Shown: positions 61,734 through 64,000 of the stretch, piece after piece | How positions within the stretch are numbered: position 1 is the first letter of the stretch | Layout: every line of letters begins with the position of its first letter | Origin: Okamejei kenojei | Lineage: Eukaryota | Reading direction: 5' to 3' | Assembly: GCA_035221665.1 (NCBI GenBank) | Contig: CM069137.1 | Coordinates: 76,818,001-76,882,000, forward strand | Length of the DNA: 64,000 bases | Translations under genes and position numbers: made by a program | The notes under the pieces: model-generated | What the model saw: the letters and a program-made list of their open reading frames with translations, nothing else | Told to the model about the DNA's origin: nothing | Database searches by the model: none

Positions 61734-61830
61734 GCTAGACAAAAATGCTGTAGAAACTCAGCGGGTGAGGCATCATCTATGGAGCGAAGGAATAGGTGCC
61801 GTTTCAGGTCGAGACCCTTCTTCAGACTCA
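61734..61830 (-). mobile_element. Penelope-derived fragment with hammerhead core (GUC->GGC)
   Basis: Minus-strand gagtCTGAAGAagggtctcgacctGAAACggcacc. Confidence 0.7.
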
Positions 61831-62360
61831 TTCAGTACTCAATCCCTTTAAACAGCAATATATGGGTGTGTCAAGAGTGTGATGGGGTGAGAATGGGAAT
61901 GTCTTCCTGCTGCTTGATGTTCACTCAGATGCCTTTAAAAATATATGCTAGCCAATAGCTCTAAATTGGCACTGCTGGTGTTACAATCAGATTCACACAG
62001 TTTCAACTGCTGCCTATGTTGCATACTTTTGGCTGGCATAATATTGTGTTTGGCATGTTCATGTTACAGATACGGGTTAGATTTTTTAAATATCTGCAGC
62101 GCCCAAACAATGATTACAGCTGAGCTAAATGTTACTCTCTGTTCATAAACATGATGAAAGTATCACAATCATTTTAATTAGAAAGACAGCATGAAACACA
62201 TAAAACAACACAAAGTTATGAGTTCTAAAATTACAACAACCATGAAATAAGATTAGCACATAGAAAGGCAACATATTTACAACAAAAATACTTTCCAAAA
62301 TAAGATAAATAAATTGTTTATTCAAAGAATGATTCCAATGTAAAATGCCTTCTTTTGTAC

Positions 62361-62435
62361 CTTTTATTGGAGCAACCTTTTCTTTTCGTGAAACTGGCTT
62401 CACTTCTTCAGGAATAAACTCGGGAACACCAGACA
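62361..62435 (-). CDS. TTN: Titin PEVK exon (75 nt)
   Basis: (V)SGVPEFIPEEVKPVSRKEKVAPIK. Confidence 0.82.
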
Positions 62436-63389
62436 CTTGAAGAAAGTTAATTTTTTGACAAAAGAACATCAAAGATGTGCACATTTAACATTTTAAAACA
62501 ATATACCTAAAATTAAACATGGAAGCTGTGATTAAGACATGACACTCTTGTACTAATAACACCATAGTTTTGTATTTTGGATAATGGTTGAGTTTAGATT
62601 ATTGCCACTTGTACCGAGGTACAGTGACGAGCGTTCTGGTATATATTATTATTGTTTTAGGAAGCCTAGATTATTAATGGGAGCTGCAGCCTGTCATGCC
62701 ATTACATATTGACCACTGCACATCTCAATGTCCAGTTCTGGGCAGCCCAAAGGGACTTTCACAATGTAAATCTCACCACTCCCAGCAAAATGATTTCTAC
62801 AAGTATCACAGCAATTGTAAAATGAAAATAACCCAAACTTATAAGATTTGTTTCAATACAACTGTCAGAGGCGTGGGATGACTCAAGACATTTTGCTGCT
62901 TAATACTTAATCAGCCACTCGTGTCAAATTGCAGTACTGAGCTCTGCATCACAAGTCCTGGTACTTAATCAACATTCGCGAAATTGATTCAATGGGTTGA
63001 AGCAAGGCTTACGTCTTGCATATATGCAGTGCACCATCACCATTATGGTATTTGATGTAGAGCACTGGATGCCATTTGATGTAGAACATGGGATAATTGG
63101 ATGTAAGCATTGGATGCCATTTTGGAATCCAATTTCCAACTTATTGCCAAACAGTGGGTGTTGCTGTAGCTAAATTTTACATTGTCTGTTTTAATCATTG
63201 TATAACCATAATAAAGGTACCAAAAGTATTTTGTACAAAGACACACTCTGTATAATGGCACAAGCAAAACATTGCTGCATTAAATATGGCAGCAAATAAC
63301 TGAATGCTAAAAAAGAATACTGTCAATACGAAACTTCAAAAGCTTCCAAGATAATTAAAAGAGAAATTCTGATATGATTCATTTTATAC

Positions 63390-63461
63390 CTTTGATTGGA
63401 GCAACATCTTTTTCTGTAATTGGTTTCACTTCTTCAGGAACAAACTTGGCAACTTCAGGCA
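63390..63461 (-). CDS. TTN: Titin PEVK exon (72 nt)
   Basis: (V)PEVAKFVPEEVKPITEKDVAPIK. Confidence 0.82.
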
Positions 63462-64000
63462 CTTAAAGATATTTGTTTTTTGGTTAAAAGAATATCAAAA
63501 ATGTGAACATTTTACAATGATGCACATAAACCACAAAAGCAACAACAGATACATGGCACAGTCCACCATCTTGTACTAATCGTATAATAATCTCTCATCT
63601 CATATCATGTTTCTGGTATACCTAAAGTTAAGTTAGTTAATTAATAAAGCAGCACAGCAAACTTGATTCCATACTAATCATTGAGATAGATTAATATTCA
63701 TTCTCATTCAACTCAATTCATATTTTTCACAAAAGTTCAATTCAATGAAATTATAATTTCTTATGGATAAATCTAAACCCAATTATAGACCTGGGTATTA
63801 TTGGATAAAATTCTATATAAGAAGGCTGGTTACTTTAGTGTGCATGGAATGGTCATGTTTAGACATAATATTCCTATGGTAATGCTAGTGCAGCCATATA
63901 TATTTATGAATACTTATTATTTAGAGCAATATGCTCCAAGTAGAATCCTGATGCCCTATCATCGTTTCAAACTGCGGGGCATTAAAATCTACCTATATTA

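Larger units (their letters stand above)
1..64000 (-). other. TTN: Titin gene, internal part (PEVK region to distal I-band Ig I97); both ends lie outside the window
   Basis: Spliced exons give PPAK-type PEVK repeats and tandem Ig domains collinear with human titin I84-I97. Confidence 0.98.

Overview
Eukaryotic, AT-rich vertebrate genomic DNA. The repeat landscape (HE1-type V-SINEs, CR1, Penelope remnants) suggests a cartilaginous fish, probably a skate or ray (inference). The whole window lies inside the titin (TTN) gene on the minus strand. Reading 5'->3' from 64000 to 1, it holds about 35 symmetric phase-1 PEVK exons. These include a tandem array of 69-nt exons, a 645-nt VNTR exon, a 495-nt exon with an acidic 12-aa repeat and a 2.3-kb giant exon. 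They are followed by the distal I-band Ig domains I84-I97, including the I91/I27 orthologue. Introns carry CR1, L1/Tx1, Rex1/Babar, Penelope-derived, Tc1 and Harbinger-MITE insertions. Top leads: (1) a candidate Cronos internal promoter with an in-frame ATG at 2754-2756; (2) Penelope-derived minimal hammerhead ribozyme motifs in titin introns, intact only antisense to titin; (3) apparently lineage-specific PEVK exons and visible exon birth and death. All exon boundaries were read by eye from splice signals and reading frame. Human domain and exon numbering is from memory and should be confirmed by alignment.
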